A DNA stretch of 64,000 nt from Botryllus schlosseri (lineage: Eukaryota). Positions 49,567 through 61,921 of the stretch are shown here, piece after piece. How positions within the stretch are numbered: position 1 is the first letter of the stretch; the number at the start of each line of letters is the position of its first letter. The DNA lies in assembly GCA_051294905.1 (NCBI GenBank), contig CM119373.1:5146001-5210000 (forward strand), read 5' to 3'. The position numbers and the translations under genes are program-made. The notes below the pieces were generated by a model. The model was not told the DNA's origin, did no database searches, and saw only the letters and a program-made list of their open reading frames with translations.

Positions 49567-50849
49567 AGGCCTGTTTATTTTTGGATTTCTCCAAAAATAA
49601 CAAAAATAGCTTATTTTTGGATGTTTTCTAATTCCAATGGTTTGGATTCTCCAAAAATAAGAAATAAAGGTGTTTTGAGCCCTATTACTACTGAAAAAAT
49701 CCTCCAAAAGTATGTTATTTTCATGTATTCAAGTCCTCCAACACATAGATATCATCAGTGATCTTGATCTAACTTTCAAATACATTCTACACAAATTTAG
49801 TCTTAGGCCTGGAGAATGCCTTCTAAAGAATATTAATTAGTGCGAGACGCCCCGCCGAGACCCTCCTTGATTTTCGAGATATCGGCCCCGAACGTCGCAA
49901 TCGTGGGAAACATCGAGGTTAGGGGTCCAAAAATGAAGGAATGTCTAACTCTTTAAACTCTCCAATCTTCAAAGCCTTTGCTCCTGAAAAGCGCTCGTCA
50001 GTAATGCGCTTGAAACCTCGGATCCTCCACGAAGTTGCATGCCTCATTGAACTTGACAGCCCAACACCCTCTGACCAGAAAACCTTGTGACGGTCCTCGT
50101 TGTCCCAGTCCTCGCCTGGACACAGATCTCGAAGGCGTTCGACCTGGCGCATGAGCTCCTGCTGCTCCATGATCAGAACGTCAAGACCATAAAGATTCGT
50201 GACGGTGGTGCTCAGCTCTGTGAGACCGTGACCATGCGATCGAGAACGTTCAGATGGATCCACCACTGCAGCAAAGGTGCACACGCCGCACTGTTTTCGT
50301 CCATAACATCAAGGAGTTTGGTACGGTTTCCAGTCAACCAAGAGGCCACCTTCTTCATTGACAATAAACGAGCGTCAACAAACATGGGGTGCGCACTTTC
50401 CATCAACTGGATCAAGTTGTGTTGCCGTCTGAAGCATCAGCAGATCAGTCCCATCATCGTGTGGACGAAGTGATTGTGACAGAGGTGGCGGTATATGATT
50501 TCGCCGTCACCTTTGCCTCACTCAAGCTGCCTTCCCGTCTTGTCTACGTGTCGCGCTGTGAAACTTATATATATAGCAGTACAAAGGCGGAGGGGCAAGG
50601 TCAGCAAAAACGTGAAGTGGATTGAGTGGAAGTAGTTCTAGCGTTTCGGTGACCCCTTCCCACACATAGATGCTGTTTTTGTGTGTTTTCATGAGTTTTC
50701 TGGTCGTTTACATCGCTCTGACTTGTTTATTTCACTGAAAAACTTGAAAAAACATCATCCCAAAAAAATCTTTATTTTTGGATGTTTTCAAATCTTATTT
50801 TTGGAGAATCTCCAAAAATAAAACCCAATATCCAAAAATAAACAGGCCT
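49567..50849 (-). mobile_element. Internally deleted DNA transposon with transposase-like remnant, in the pentraxin intron
   Basis: Inverted termini AGGCCTGTTTATTTTTGGA / TCCAAAAATAAACAGGCCT with CCAAAAATAA sub-repeats; broken minus ORF 49919-50480 (RLLSMKKVASWL..NR..CAPLLQWW..L.G...EQ) reminiscent of hAT-like transposases; no clear TSD. Confidence 0.55.
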
Positions 50850-50975
50850 TATCGGAACAAGTCACACACTACAATGTGATAAGACACAATGCGACATCAC
50901 AGTCACAGATAGGAGGATGTCGAACGACACGGATCAGTAGCTATCCTTTACTCTAACATCCACCTCAGCCTAGAG

Positions 50976-52426
50976 CAGTGGCTCCCGAACGGTGGGGAAT
51001 AGACGCATTTGTTCAAAATTATATACATGACAGTCCACATATTCACGGTGTCACATACGCAATGACCGTTACCAGTTAACTGCTCTGGAATGTATGTATC
51101 GGAAGTTATATTGCGTGTTGTTACCAAAACCTCATTTTTTAACTCTGGATGGCCAATGATGGCGTCACAAACGGATCCAGCACGACTAGTTTGACGTGAA
51201 GTATAGCTTTCGCGAAATTTTTACCGTTACTGGTATCGGTTCACAATGCGTTTTATGTTGCAGTTATAGGCGATTGTCTCGCGTACTGGTGTGGTTGGGT
51301 GTCTTGTGTGGTCAAACCAGCAAATAGCTAGCTGCTCCGTCATGAAAAAAGTGTTGGGTAGTGAGGAACAGGACTGTAACTGCCGCACCCCAACCCCCCC
51401 CCCCCCCAATTGGCGGGGTGAGCTCGAAGGGGCCCAAAATTATTTCGTGAATTAACATTAATTATAGAATATTTTTTTGGAAATTTATGCCACTTTTTCA
51501 AAAAAAAAATGTCGCGCTAGTTGCGCGATTTATATTGCCGGATATATTGATTATTGGGTACCCTTCCCCCACGAAAATACACGTAGATTTCATAGAAATG
51601 GAGACTTCGGCGTTGGCCATAGCTGCGCCCCGACGCACCAAGACATTTGAAGTTATAGTCCATGTAACATGCGACTCCGAGAAGTGTGCCAGAACGATCA
51701 GCAGTGAGTAGAGTTTGGCCGACAAGGAATGCCCATGTGCTGACAGAAAACTTCGATATTTAAACAATATACATATGTGTTTAATTGTCCACAGGCGGCT
51801 AAATGTTTGGCACCGAATGTTCCTGTCCTGGCGATCTGAACCCCACAGGACAAATGCCATCCCGCAAGGAAAAATATTTGCCAGTAAAGCAATACCAATT
51901 TGAAATCTTGTGTGCCTTTTAGTTTTGGCGATTTCCATATATTTTGACATAGCAGATATAGGAGGTCACGAAATAGAATAATGTACCGAAGTCAATATAC
52001 CAACGGGTACGCCCGAAGATGTCTAATACTTATTTAGGGGTGTTACCTTTCCCAATACACCTCACTCAGCTCTACCCGTAAATCTGATTGCGTGAGCAGA
52101 GAGGGGATAAAAAATTGATAGAAAAATATATGCAATTCCCGATCATATCGACCGATTCAAACATGAATTACGGTATATAAATTTTTCGCGTTTCGCGCAT
52201 TTAGACTCAATGTAGCTGATAAGTAACGGGAAAAAGCGTACGGGCTCAGGGGACTGAGGGGGTTCTAGGGGGCTTTGTTTGGTTTATCCCCCTGTGGAGG
52301 GCCAAAGACCAACGTTTATTGGAGGGGCGGGGGGGGCTGAAGAAGTGCTGTTACGGTCTTGGTGGGGAATAAAGGCTCGGAATAAATCTTAAGTGGGGAA
52401 TGAAGACATAAGGTTGGGAACCACTG
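50976..52426. mobile_element. hAT (Charlie/Buster-like) element
   Basis: Termini CAGTGGCTCCC / GGGAACCACTG; TSD GCCTAGAG at 50968-50975 and 52427-52434. Confidence 0.88.
51369..52361. mobile_element. hAT-type MITE nested in 50976-52426
   Basis: TIRs CAGGACTGTAAC / GTTACGGTCTTG; near-TSD GTGAGGAA / GTGGGGAA; inverted relative at 56802-57648. Confidence 0.8.
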
Positions 52427-52589
52427 GCCTAGAGGGTGCCCGATGTCACAGTTCTTTTCGATGTTGATCTTTTTCGACGCCGCGGTCCTTTTTACTAGTT
52501 ATTTCCACTCCTTGTGAGTGCTTTCTTTCGTCGGGTCTTTTACTGTTTTTTTGTCGCCGTAAGAACGACAACGGCAGGGGGAAGAGGAG

Positions 52590-52676
52590 CCCAGATAAAC
52601 CTCCGACGGGAATCGAACCCGGTGGAACACGTCAGATTGGTGGGCGCTTATCGTAACCACTACACTATCTTCCCCG
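52590..52676 (-). mobile_element. tRNA-derived SINE head (Pol III A and B boxes)
   Basis: Minus strand GATAGTGTAGTGGTTA (A box) ... GGGTTCGATTCCC (B box); no proper acceptor stem. Confidence 0.55.
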
Positions 52677-53305
52677 CTCTATATACTATGACAATATACT
52701 ACAGTATACCAATATACTACTATTGAATAGTATATTCATATTGAAATGAACCCGAATAATTTCGGCTGACACTCGTCAAGGGTAATCGTCAGCAACTAGT
52801 AGAGAATTGGAATAAACATTGTATATCAACAATCGTATCACAAAATATGACTTGGCAGTATAATAGAGCCTATATTAAACAACAACGTCACATTTCTTTC
52901 AAAGGATACCTACCAATCACAAACAAGTTAACGGCCTCGAACTGCGCCTGGAAAATAACAGCTTTGCTAACATTTCAGGCCTAGACGACACAGCAATAAA
53001 TGGAAATGTTACAATAGTTTAAAGGCTTTTGACATGATTTACTGAGAGTCGGTATAAGTTCTACAAGTTGGTTCAGTAGAAGGTATAGGGAAGTTTTCAT
53101 TGTGAATACGGTGTGACTAAGCATAAACGCTCCATGATACCAGGGGGCATAGAGTAACACTAATAGTTAGACGACTGAAATGATTCATTTGCTAACGCTA
53201 TATATCGATCATAATTATTAAATCCCCACAACGAGTTGTGATCAATTTTCAATGTTGTAGAGTTTGCCGCAGAATTTTAAACCTAAATTTTATGTTAAAT
53301 TTCAG

Positions 53306-53946
53306 AATGCAATGCTCCCGTTTTCAAATTTCCGGACAGAAACCACAATAATTACGTGCTATTTAACGGAACTCTACCAGAGATGTGGTCGGTCACAGTT
53401 TGCGTTTGGGTAAATCCTTGGAAACCAGAAGAGTTCGCCAAAGGATCGATAATTAGTTATTGTACCGCACATGTGGATGGATGCAACACCTTTCTTGTAG
53501 AGTTAACAAGCACCACAGTAGATGTTTACGTGAACTCTCTATCATATAGGTTCGATCAAACTACAACTATTTCAGCCCTCTCCCATCTTTGTATTGTTAA
53601 GAAAATGAGTGTCCTAAGGTATTACATCAACGGAACCCAGCATATATCGAGATATATTCATCAAAACATGGAATATGTACCGGGAGGAGTAGTATTGATC
53701 CTTGGTCAGGATCAAGATTATAAAATCAATGGAAAACTGCCGGGTCCTCCTGGCCAGAGCGATGATGGATTTCACGGTGAAATGCGGGGATTTCGGCTGT
53801 GGAAGAGAGCTCTGAATAAAGAGGAGATACTTGACATGTTTCGAAAACGATGCAATTGTGTAACCGATTCCTGGATCAGTTTCAATGAGTCAAACTCCAT
53901 CATACAGGGGAATGTTTTCGCCACCTATAATACTTCGTGCGGTTGA
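53306..53946 (+). CDS. Pentraxin (CRP/SAP/NPTX-like) domain, terminal exon
   Basis: TTAAATTTCAG| acceptor; VFKFP..NYV..LP..SVTVCVWV, SHLC, LILGQDQD, GFHGEMRGFRLWKRALNKEEI; TGA at 53944-53946. Confidence 0.92.
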
Positions 53947-56801
53947 TTAGGGATTCGTAATATTGCTTTCATGTATCAATGTTAATAATGGAACAGTGAC
54001 GAATTATGACATCACTTAACCGGCTCTTTGTATAAATAGTTATTATTAAGAATTTACAGTACACTTATGAGAACGGTAACTCGGGGGACTTTTTATTTTT
54101 CCGAATAATGGCCTACTCCTAAGAGTTCAAAATGGTATACGTAGTCGTCATTTCAGAAACTTTTCGACGTGATCAAATGAAGCAATATCATATATAAGCC
54201 ATATGGACTCCCTATAAGTAGTAATAAGCGAGTCTGTTGCATTTATATCATGATCCAAGCTTATCAGTATTATCAAAGCGGTGTTGTTGTTGTTGTTATT
54301 TTTGTTAGTGGTGGGTGTTCACTGTTCAGGTGTTTTTCGACTACAATGGCCATTTACACCAGGCCGATACTCTTTATTTTGATTCCGTATGTGAGGGCTT
54401 GTGGCATGGCCCACTTCTTGGCTTTTTACTAACACCGCTCACACGAATTGGGTGGAGAAGATGAGCCTAGATAAAATGCCAACACTTGCATTTATATCGT
54501 GTTTCGGGCATATCAAGTATTATCAAAGCGGTGTCGTTATTTGACTGTTTATCACAGCGGTTCTGTTACAAATTTGAAGATATATTCTGACATTTCTGAG
54601 GTACTCACAATGTAATGATTGGGCAAATTTTGAAGGCAATCTGCCATTAAGACACCATATTCGGAATTTAACATGATTCGTCTGCTTAAAATCACTATCA
54701 TACGTCATTGCTGACGGGTTAGGACTTAAAGTATAATTTTAAACTTCGTCGGTGACTATTACGACTCAGTCACCGTTAAAGTCTTACGCGGTGTGTACAC
54801 TGGACCATTCACAAGACAGCAGCGATTATTTGGTATTAACGCGTCGTGAAAGCTCTTTCGCATGCAACCCAAGGAATCTTGGATATGATGTTCCGAGCCA
54901 CAATTTTACACTGAGGCAGTCGAGTATTTATGATTGGGCAAAATGGTGTACGTGACTGATTCGACGATTCTTTTACAGGGGTATGACATAACGACGGGAA
55001 TTGTTCTTAAGAACACACGATTTGTAAACAAGCAATTGTTGTAAATATCTACGCATTTTCATTGTATTTAAATAAACTTTGGCGACGTGTGGTTTCCGGG
55101 GATAAATGTACCTAGTGGTTAAAGTTATTTGAGTTATTTGCTACAGCACATCACTTTACGGTTATCCTGTTGTGAGCAGTATGTAAGCATGTATCAAAGA
55201 ACTATGAGGTCTGTTCTAGTAAATAACTTTACGTTGAAGACGAAGGTAATTAAAAGAATGGAAGTGTTCGACATTTTTATCACAGATTCGAACGACATCA
55301 ACTATGATATTGTAGTACGTACTCGAATATTTAATCCTATCTTTATAGTCAATATGACACGGTTCACCTCCAATAATCGCTTTGGGTGTGTTACTGACTG
55401 ATCTTTGCGCAATTAATAACTTTTTGACTTCGTTTATCGAGCCCGCTTGTAACACATCCGAATGTAAAAGGCATGCGTCGAAATATTCCGAAAACACTCA
55501 TTTGTACAGTAAAAGGTCGGGGATCATATCATCATTTAGAGTTGAAACATTTCCGTTTGACGTGAATTTACAGGGCTACCTATATTACTTGTTTCGACCA
55601 ATACCGGAAGTCATACAGCTGACGGGCATTGTGTACTAAACTGCAGCGTATGTTATGGTGGAAATTTGGGTGTACTTTGTACACAGAAAAAGATAATCTG
55701 CATCAGATCACATGACAATCTTTCGGGACAACCCTCATCAGACTCCTTTGACATACAAATATAAGGCGCGAGGTTGCTGACAACTGCGTTGCATGTTTTC
55801 AATATTTGTTCATGTAAATATGCTTTGAGATTACCTCAAATGACAGATTTCTAGAATCCGAATTCTAAACTTTTCGCACTTCGCATGATGCAAAGTAGAA
55901 AGTAAGATCTGGTAGGTTTGCATCCCTTTAGCGAATAAAAGTCTATTGTCAAACTAACAAACTAGCTCAGGAAAAAGGATAAATGAATCTAATTTTCGAA
56001 AATTGAACATATTTCATTTGCATTATTCATTTTATGTTAGCCGATAAGATGTATCTTTCAAAAGTAGTGAACTCCTATTGACTACACAAACTGTGCGACC
56101 ACTAGAATAAATCCACATTTCGAAACTATATAGGTGCGCACTTTTAGGACATCACACTCTCTTCTACTACTTGAAGTAGCTTTGATGTGCTATTTTGATT
56201 TTTAATTGAGTATAAATTAAGAAGCAAGTGGCATAACCAGATGAATACTTCGACCACGATAACGTCCCATCGCCTCCATATCGCCCCCTCTAAATCCAAA
56301 TCGCCCCACACGGGGCTTTAGCCACATGATCAAGAGCCACTGATCAGGCTGACACTCGTCAGCAGTAACCTCCAGTACCTATAGAGATTTCCTAAATAAC
56401 TTCTTACATCGATTGCAGTCACGTCCGTAACAACACTTCGTCAGCCCCCCCCCAAAAAAAGACATTGGTCTTGGGCCCCCCATATGATGATAAACCGAAC
56501 ATCTGGGGGGGCATCGCCCCATCAGACCCCCCTCACACTATACTCCGTTTACCGCTACTTATCATCTACATTGGACCTCCGTTTAGCGGTCAACTTTTCC
56601 GCCTACACGCGCCATGCGCGAAAATTTTCTATCATTCCTGACTGAATATTTCAATATGATCAAGAATTGCGTATATATTGCTATCAATTTTTATCCTCTC
56701 TCTGCTCACGTAATCAGATTTACAGGTAGAGCTGAGGAAGGTGTGTATGAAAAGGCAGGCCCCTCAATAATAATTAAGCATTTGCGGGCGATACCCGTTG
56801 G

Positions 56802-57648
56802 CAGGAACGAAACAGCACTTCGTCAGCCCCCCAAAAAACATGAGTCTTGGGCTCCAATAGGGTGATAAACCCCCCTCCCCCATCACCTTCTTTGCTTTTT
56901 CCACGAAGTTAGTTGTAGGCCTACTGTCTAGTGAGCCAGCGCCAAGCGCGAAAAATTTCGATAATTCATGATAAAATCGGTCCATAAAGATCGGGAATTG
57001 CATATATATTGCTATCAATTTCTTGTCCTCTCTGCTCACGTCATAAAATTTACCGGTAGAGCTGAATGAGGTGTCTTAAAAACTGTAGGGCCCGTACGTC
57101 TGACTCCGTAACAGGATGATATTTCGTGACCTCCAGTCTGCTATTTCAAAAAATATAGAATTCGCCTAAACGTAGGCTACTAAACTAAAAGACGCACACG
57201 ATTGCAAATTGGTATTTCTTCACCGGCATATAATTTTTCCCTGTGGGATGGTTTTTGTCGTGTGAGGTTCAGATTGCCAAGACAGTATTTTGTATTTATA
57301 ACGAAGTTTTTTCGGCCAAGGTTTTCTCGCAGCCGATCGTTCTGGCACAATTCTTGGGGTCGCATATTGTATGGCATAAAACTTTATATGTGTTGGTGCG
57401 TCGTGGCGCGGTAATGGCTAACGCCGATATGCCCATTTCTATAAAACTTGCGTATTTTTTCTTGGGGGAAGAGTATCCCGAAAATAAGATCGTTGGCCGC
57501 TTGAAATCGCGCCTAGCGCGGTAAATTTTCGAACAATTTTCAAAAAATACTATACAAATTATGCAAATTCACGAAATAATTTTGGGCCCGCTTCAACCTC
57601 GCCCCCCCCCCCCAATTGGGGGTTTGGGGTGTGGCAGTTACGGTCCTG
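56802..57648. mobile_element. Inverted, diverged copy of the 51369-52361 MITE (partial extra copy at ~56425-56750)
   Basis: 57430-57648 is the reverse complement of 51369-51620; ends GTTACGGTCCTG. Confidence 0.75.
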
Positions 57649-59158
57649 ACAATGGAAAATGTCTGGAAAGTATAAAATGAGTTTGGCTCGTCTCATTATA
57701 CGGTTCTCATGTAGCATTTTCCTGGAAATCAAATATCAGATTAGAATTAAATTTAGATTTCATCTAACTCTGCATGCATAATGCGACTTATATACTTTTA
57801 TGAATACTTAATATTATTTGTCTTCCACGCATGTTAATCATAAGCCAATTTAGCGTTAGCTACAATCTGGGGTTGCTGACTTGTGACTACATTATTAGAG
57901 GATAACAGCTTTCAAAGGTAGCATACTATACTATAGTCAGGACATTACTCACTACCTAGAGTAGATCTCTCAATTATAGTCACCATGCACTAACTTCCGC
58001 AGTTATCGTTGCAGTCAATCTTGATTTATCGAATGTTACTTAAGCAACCTTATTGTGTAGTCAGCTTCTCGGGTAGCGAATGCGCATGAAATAATAGTAT
58101 GGTGGCTCTACAGGCGGTTGTCAGGTTACCTAAAGCTGTATATGCAAGAAGTTCCAAGACAGTGCAGTAAACGTTTTGAATAGCAGGTAAGATAATTGTA
58201 AGGGAAGAAGTTGCGTTCATAAAATTCACTATTACGGGTTTTCTGAGCAGGTCTCGTGGGTTCCGTGGAAATCACGATACACATTCAACTCATAAATATG
58301 ATTTGTGATGATCCTCCATTCTTGGCCATCATTGATTGCACGCGATTAAGAGCGATCGATTGTCTAATAAAGAACGTTATAGTGGTGCGTTGTTTGCTGT
58401 GGCATACATACATAGGAAAGGCCATTCTATCTTCAATATATATACGCTCGTTCAGATATTGATATCACGTTTTTTTCTGTTTCATACAATACCATGACAC
58501 TTTTCAAGGTGAAGCTTCGCATGCATACATCAACGGAATCTGAAACGGAACCGCAGCAGTCAGACTGATTAGCAATTCGTATTCATTGTAATGATTTAGT
58601 TTTGGTAAATTACCACTCTGTTAGAGGACAGTTCATTTTGTGCACCTGCAATCCGTAGTAAATTATACACTATGGGTAGCTAAATGAATAATGTGGTAGA
58701 TGTTTGCTGTTTAGGGTCAGCAAAAATTAGTGAGTGGTCTCTCGAATGCTTGCGTATTAGCGTTCTCGTTCCCCAGTCTTTTAGAGATCAGGAAACACTG
58801 CTTCTGAACACGTCTGTATTTGTTGTCTATATTTCCACTGTGAAACATGAAAGTTTCTGCTGAACACCCCGCTAAATAATTATTGTTCATAGTGTTGTAG
58901 GGTAGCCTACTGAAATTAGCCTGAGTAGGACAGCTGACTTTCTCGTTTTGTCACGTGAAATGCACGCAGAGTACATTGCGCTCAATATAATCAATTTCGG
59001 GAATAGTTTACGCCAAACCAGAAGCGGGTCTTATAGTCACTATGCGTGAAATTCAGGTAAAGATAAACAAAAACCTGATATCTATTTTGTTTACATGAAT
59101 TTAGATTGTACTTGTAGTAGGCTATAACACCAGACCTTAGAGGCGGTTTGGGGTCGAA

Positions 59159-59213
59159 ATGCCGAACATGGACGTAATTTGCGTGTTTATGTTATTCATG
59201 GTTTCAGTTGCAG
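59159..59213 (+). CDS. Candidate first coding exon with signal peptide (MPNMDVICVFMLFMVSVA) of a downstream gene
   Basis: ATG, hydrophobic core, small residues at the end, phase-1 donor G|GTAACA. Confidence 0.5.
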
Positions 59214-59889
59214 GTAACAGTAATCCTAATATTTGATTATTGTACGGGATTATAATTAGTCTGAATGTATGTCAATAAAATGCAACTATGTTATGGTAAA
59301 AATAGGATTGCGTCACTTCCTGATTACTGTAGCCGGTAAAGTAAATGCAGCTGATCGACAGGTCATCAAAATACTTATAAAATGACACCTCACGATGACC
59401 TCCTATACGCTTTATAGGGTTAACGTTCTCAACGATTTCATCTATTTACCATATTGTGACTGTAGGCCGTCGAATTTATGCATATACTGTAATCGGGACA
59501 TTGTTTGTTGCTTGTGATATTTGTGGACTTTTTCGGCTACGATGGTAATTTACACCAAGCCGATGTGCTTTTTCATAATGTCATATCTGCCTACGTGTAG
59601 CACAGCCTACTTCTACACTCTCCGAGTTGCGCGGATTATTTAGCGTAAACGCCATGCGATATTGGGATTGAATATGATTCATCTAACGCTAACCTCATTG
59701 GATACGCGAGTAGGCCTTTATTCACGACAAAAAATGGTTGTTGGTTTGAATGGCAGTCCCCACCAACTTCCGTCTGAGGTTTATCCCCGCTCCTCATCGC
59801 CGACCTCACTACAATTGCAGTGACTCAAAAGAGGTCAGGCCGCGCTGTAAGTCGGCACTAAAGATCATGTGAAGGGCGCATGAAAGTGT

Positions 59890-59911
59890 GAGAGAGAGAG
59901 AGAGAGAGAGA
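59890..59911 (+). repeat. (GA)11 microsatellite
   Basis: Directly visible. Confidence 0.95.
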
Positions 59912-60118
59912 TATTGATTCGTGGTTGGAAGTGCGAAAGGGAGATACGTCCGGCAAAAATGCATTGAACTGATGCTAAAATGTCATGTCGTGGAGCAGAA
60001 AGCCCCGCATGGCTATGAGCACCACTATTGCATCCAATAATATTATTATTATTTATTTGATTGTATTACTAAAATTTAAACAAATGTCTTCAATCTCGTT
60101 ATTCTCCTTATGGCGCAG

Positions 60119-60135
60119 ACTTCTCCCCGGATTAT
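60119..60135 (+). CDS. Candidate 17-nt microexon (xDFSPDY)
   Basis: ATTCTCCTTATGGCGCAG| and |GTGAGT; phase-compatible with the 59159-59213 exon. Confidence 0.4.
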
Positions 60136-60352
60136 GTGAGTATATTTACCAGTTTTAGTGTCAATAAGGAATATCATATTAATGACAATCATGCTAGATT
60201 CTATTCCTCCACTCACTCGTTCAATTTTCATATTTTAAGCAGTTTGCTAGACCGATCTGAATACGTGAACGTAACTTCCAAACTCGCCGTGAAGCGTATT
60301 AGATTTTTTGCATTCAGTAACTATCGCATGCATACTAATGTATGCCATAGGT

Positions 60353-61921
60353 CAGGGGCGGGCAACTTCTCCAAGTCGGCGGGCCGGATATAGGAAAATT
60401 AAGTACTTGGCGGGCCGGATTGCTGAATCGATACATTATTCGCCCATTTATCCACGTATTCAAGGAATAAATCGCATTTAATGAATGTATTTTAACGACA
60501 GCGATGCAACTTCAAAGCCATTTCTCGCCAATAATGACGAAGACAATGTCGATTTGAGAACAGCACTGTCATACAGCAGGGGTGGCCAATCTTTTTGCCA
60601 GTCACGGCCGCATTTCGACTACTCATGTAGCCTACGGCCGCATTCCAGGGAATAGTCGTAATGAAATAGCAGGACGCCAAATACTCATGTTAAAGTGTCT
60701 ATGTCCATTGTCCATTTCCGGCGAACTCCGTACGAATCTATTAAATAATGTAGGCTGTTCATAGTCGCGACAAGCGCAAAAATTTTCCAGATTCATTCAT
60801 GAATTTCGTCATTAAAATTAGTAGTTCTACATATTATTTTTCATCCGATGTGATCAGATTCACCGGTAGAGTAGGTGGAGGGTCGGTCAGGGCAGGCCAA
60901 TTATTATTAGTCACTTTGTTGCATGCTGTTGTTTGCATATCTTGACCTCCCGTCAGGATTGTCGATATAGTGAAGTAAACACGATTCCGAGTTGGTATTT
61001 CTATATGTGGCGCATCTGTTCGCAACTGTACTGTGGGGCTCTGATTGCAAAGTGCGCAACTATATTAAAATCGAAAAATAAAGTCGCATGGAATCGCTGC
61101 GCGAAGAAACTTTCACGAATAATTAAAATCTTTCAAGAAATCGGGAGTCAATTCGTAAATTCAAATTATACGTCGACGGCCGCCAACACCTACTAATTGA
61201 ATTACGTGTCCACTGCCGCACAAATTTGCTTCTACGGCCGCAGGTTGGCCACCCCTGTCATACAGGTACCACCATGTCTGCTTCTCTCTGATCAATCAAC
61301 ACACGGTGCAATCTTTCATTAAGATTTCAAGGCGTTCAATAAGCCCGGTACCCCAAATTTACCAAGATATCAATGCATTAGGGTTAAGTAGGTGACGAGA
61401 TAGCGTGGTTATTAAACTGTGCGGCCTGTCTATCTCGATATTGAATTCATGCGGGACGCGGCCTTGAAATTTGAAATTGGCTCGCGACCCGTTTTCAGTT
61501 GGCGACACCTGGCATAATCGGTGTCTTTCAAAAGCCTAGAAGTGTGCGCCGTGCTACAAGTCGGCGGTTACGGAATCAAAAATAAGAAATATCGGGCTGG
61601 TGTATATGACCATTGTCGTCGACAAACACCATTATTACCACATATGACATTAGGGTTCAGTACATCGTAAATGCCGATAATGCAAGTCTTCTCGCTTCGA
61701 CGAACTTACGCGTAATCTCCACCCTCGCTCGCTGTACAGTGTACATACATATGTATAAAAACATACAATCACTATAATGTATGTGAGCAAGTAGTGGGGA
61801 ATCTCGGAAGACTGGGGCCGGCGGGCCACATTATCATGTAAGACGAAAAACTGTCCGCGGGCCGGACAAAATCCCTTCGCGGGCCGGATCCGGCCCACGG
61901 GTCGTATGTTGCCCACCCCTG
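60353..61921. mobile_element. hAT element with GGCCCG subterminal motifs
   Basis: TIRs CAGGGGCGGGCAAC / GTTGCCCACCCCTG; TSD CCATAGGT at 60345-60352 and 61922-61929. Confidence 0.9.
60577..61257. mobile_element. hAT MITE nested in 60353-61921
   Basis: TIRs CAGGGGTGGCCAA / TTGGCCACCCCTG; TSD TCATACAG at 60569-60576 and 61258-61265. Confidence 0.92.

Noticed and set aside
52590-52676. Functional tRNA gene
   Set aside because: A and B boxes are present but acceptor and anticodon stems do not pair; treated as a SINE head.
52900-53020. Additional pentraxin exon (IPTNHKQVNGLELRLENNSF...)
   Set aside because: No phase-compatible donor found; the 49447-53306 join is already in frame.
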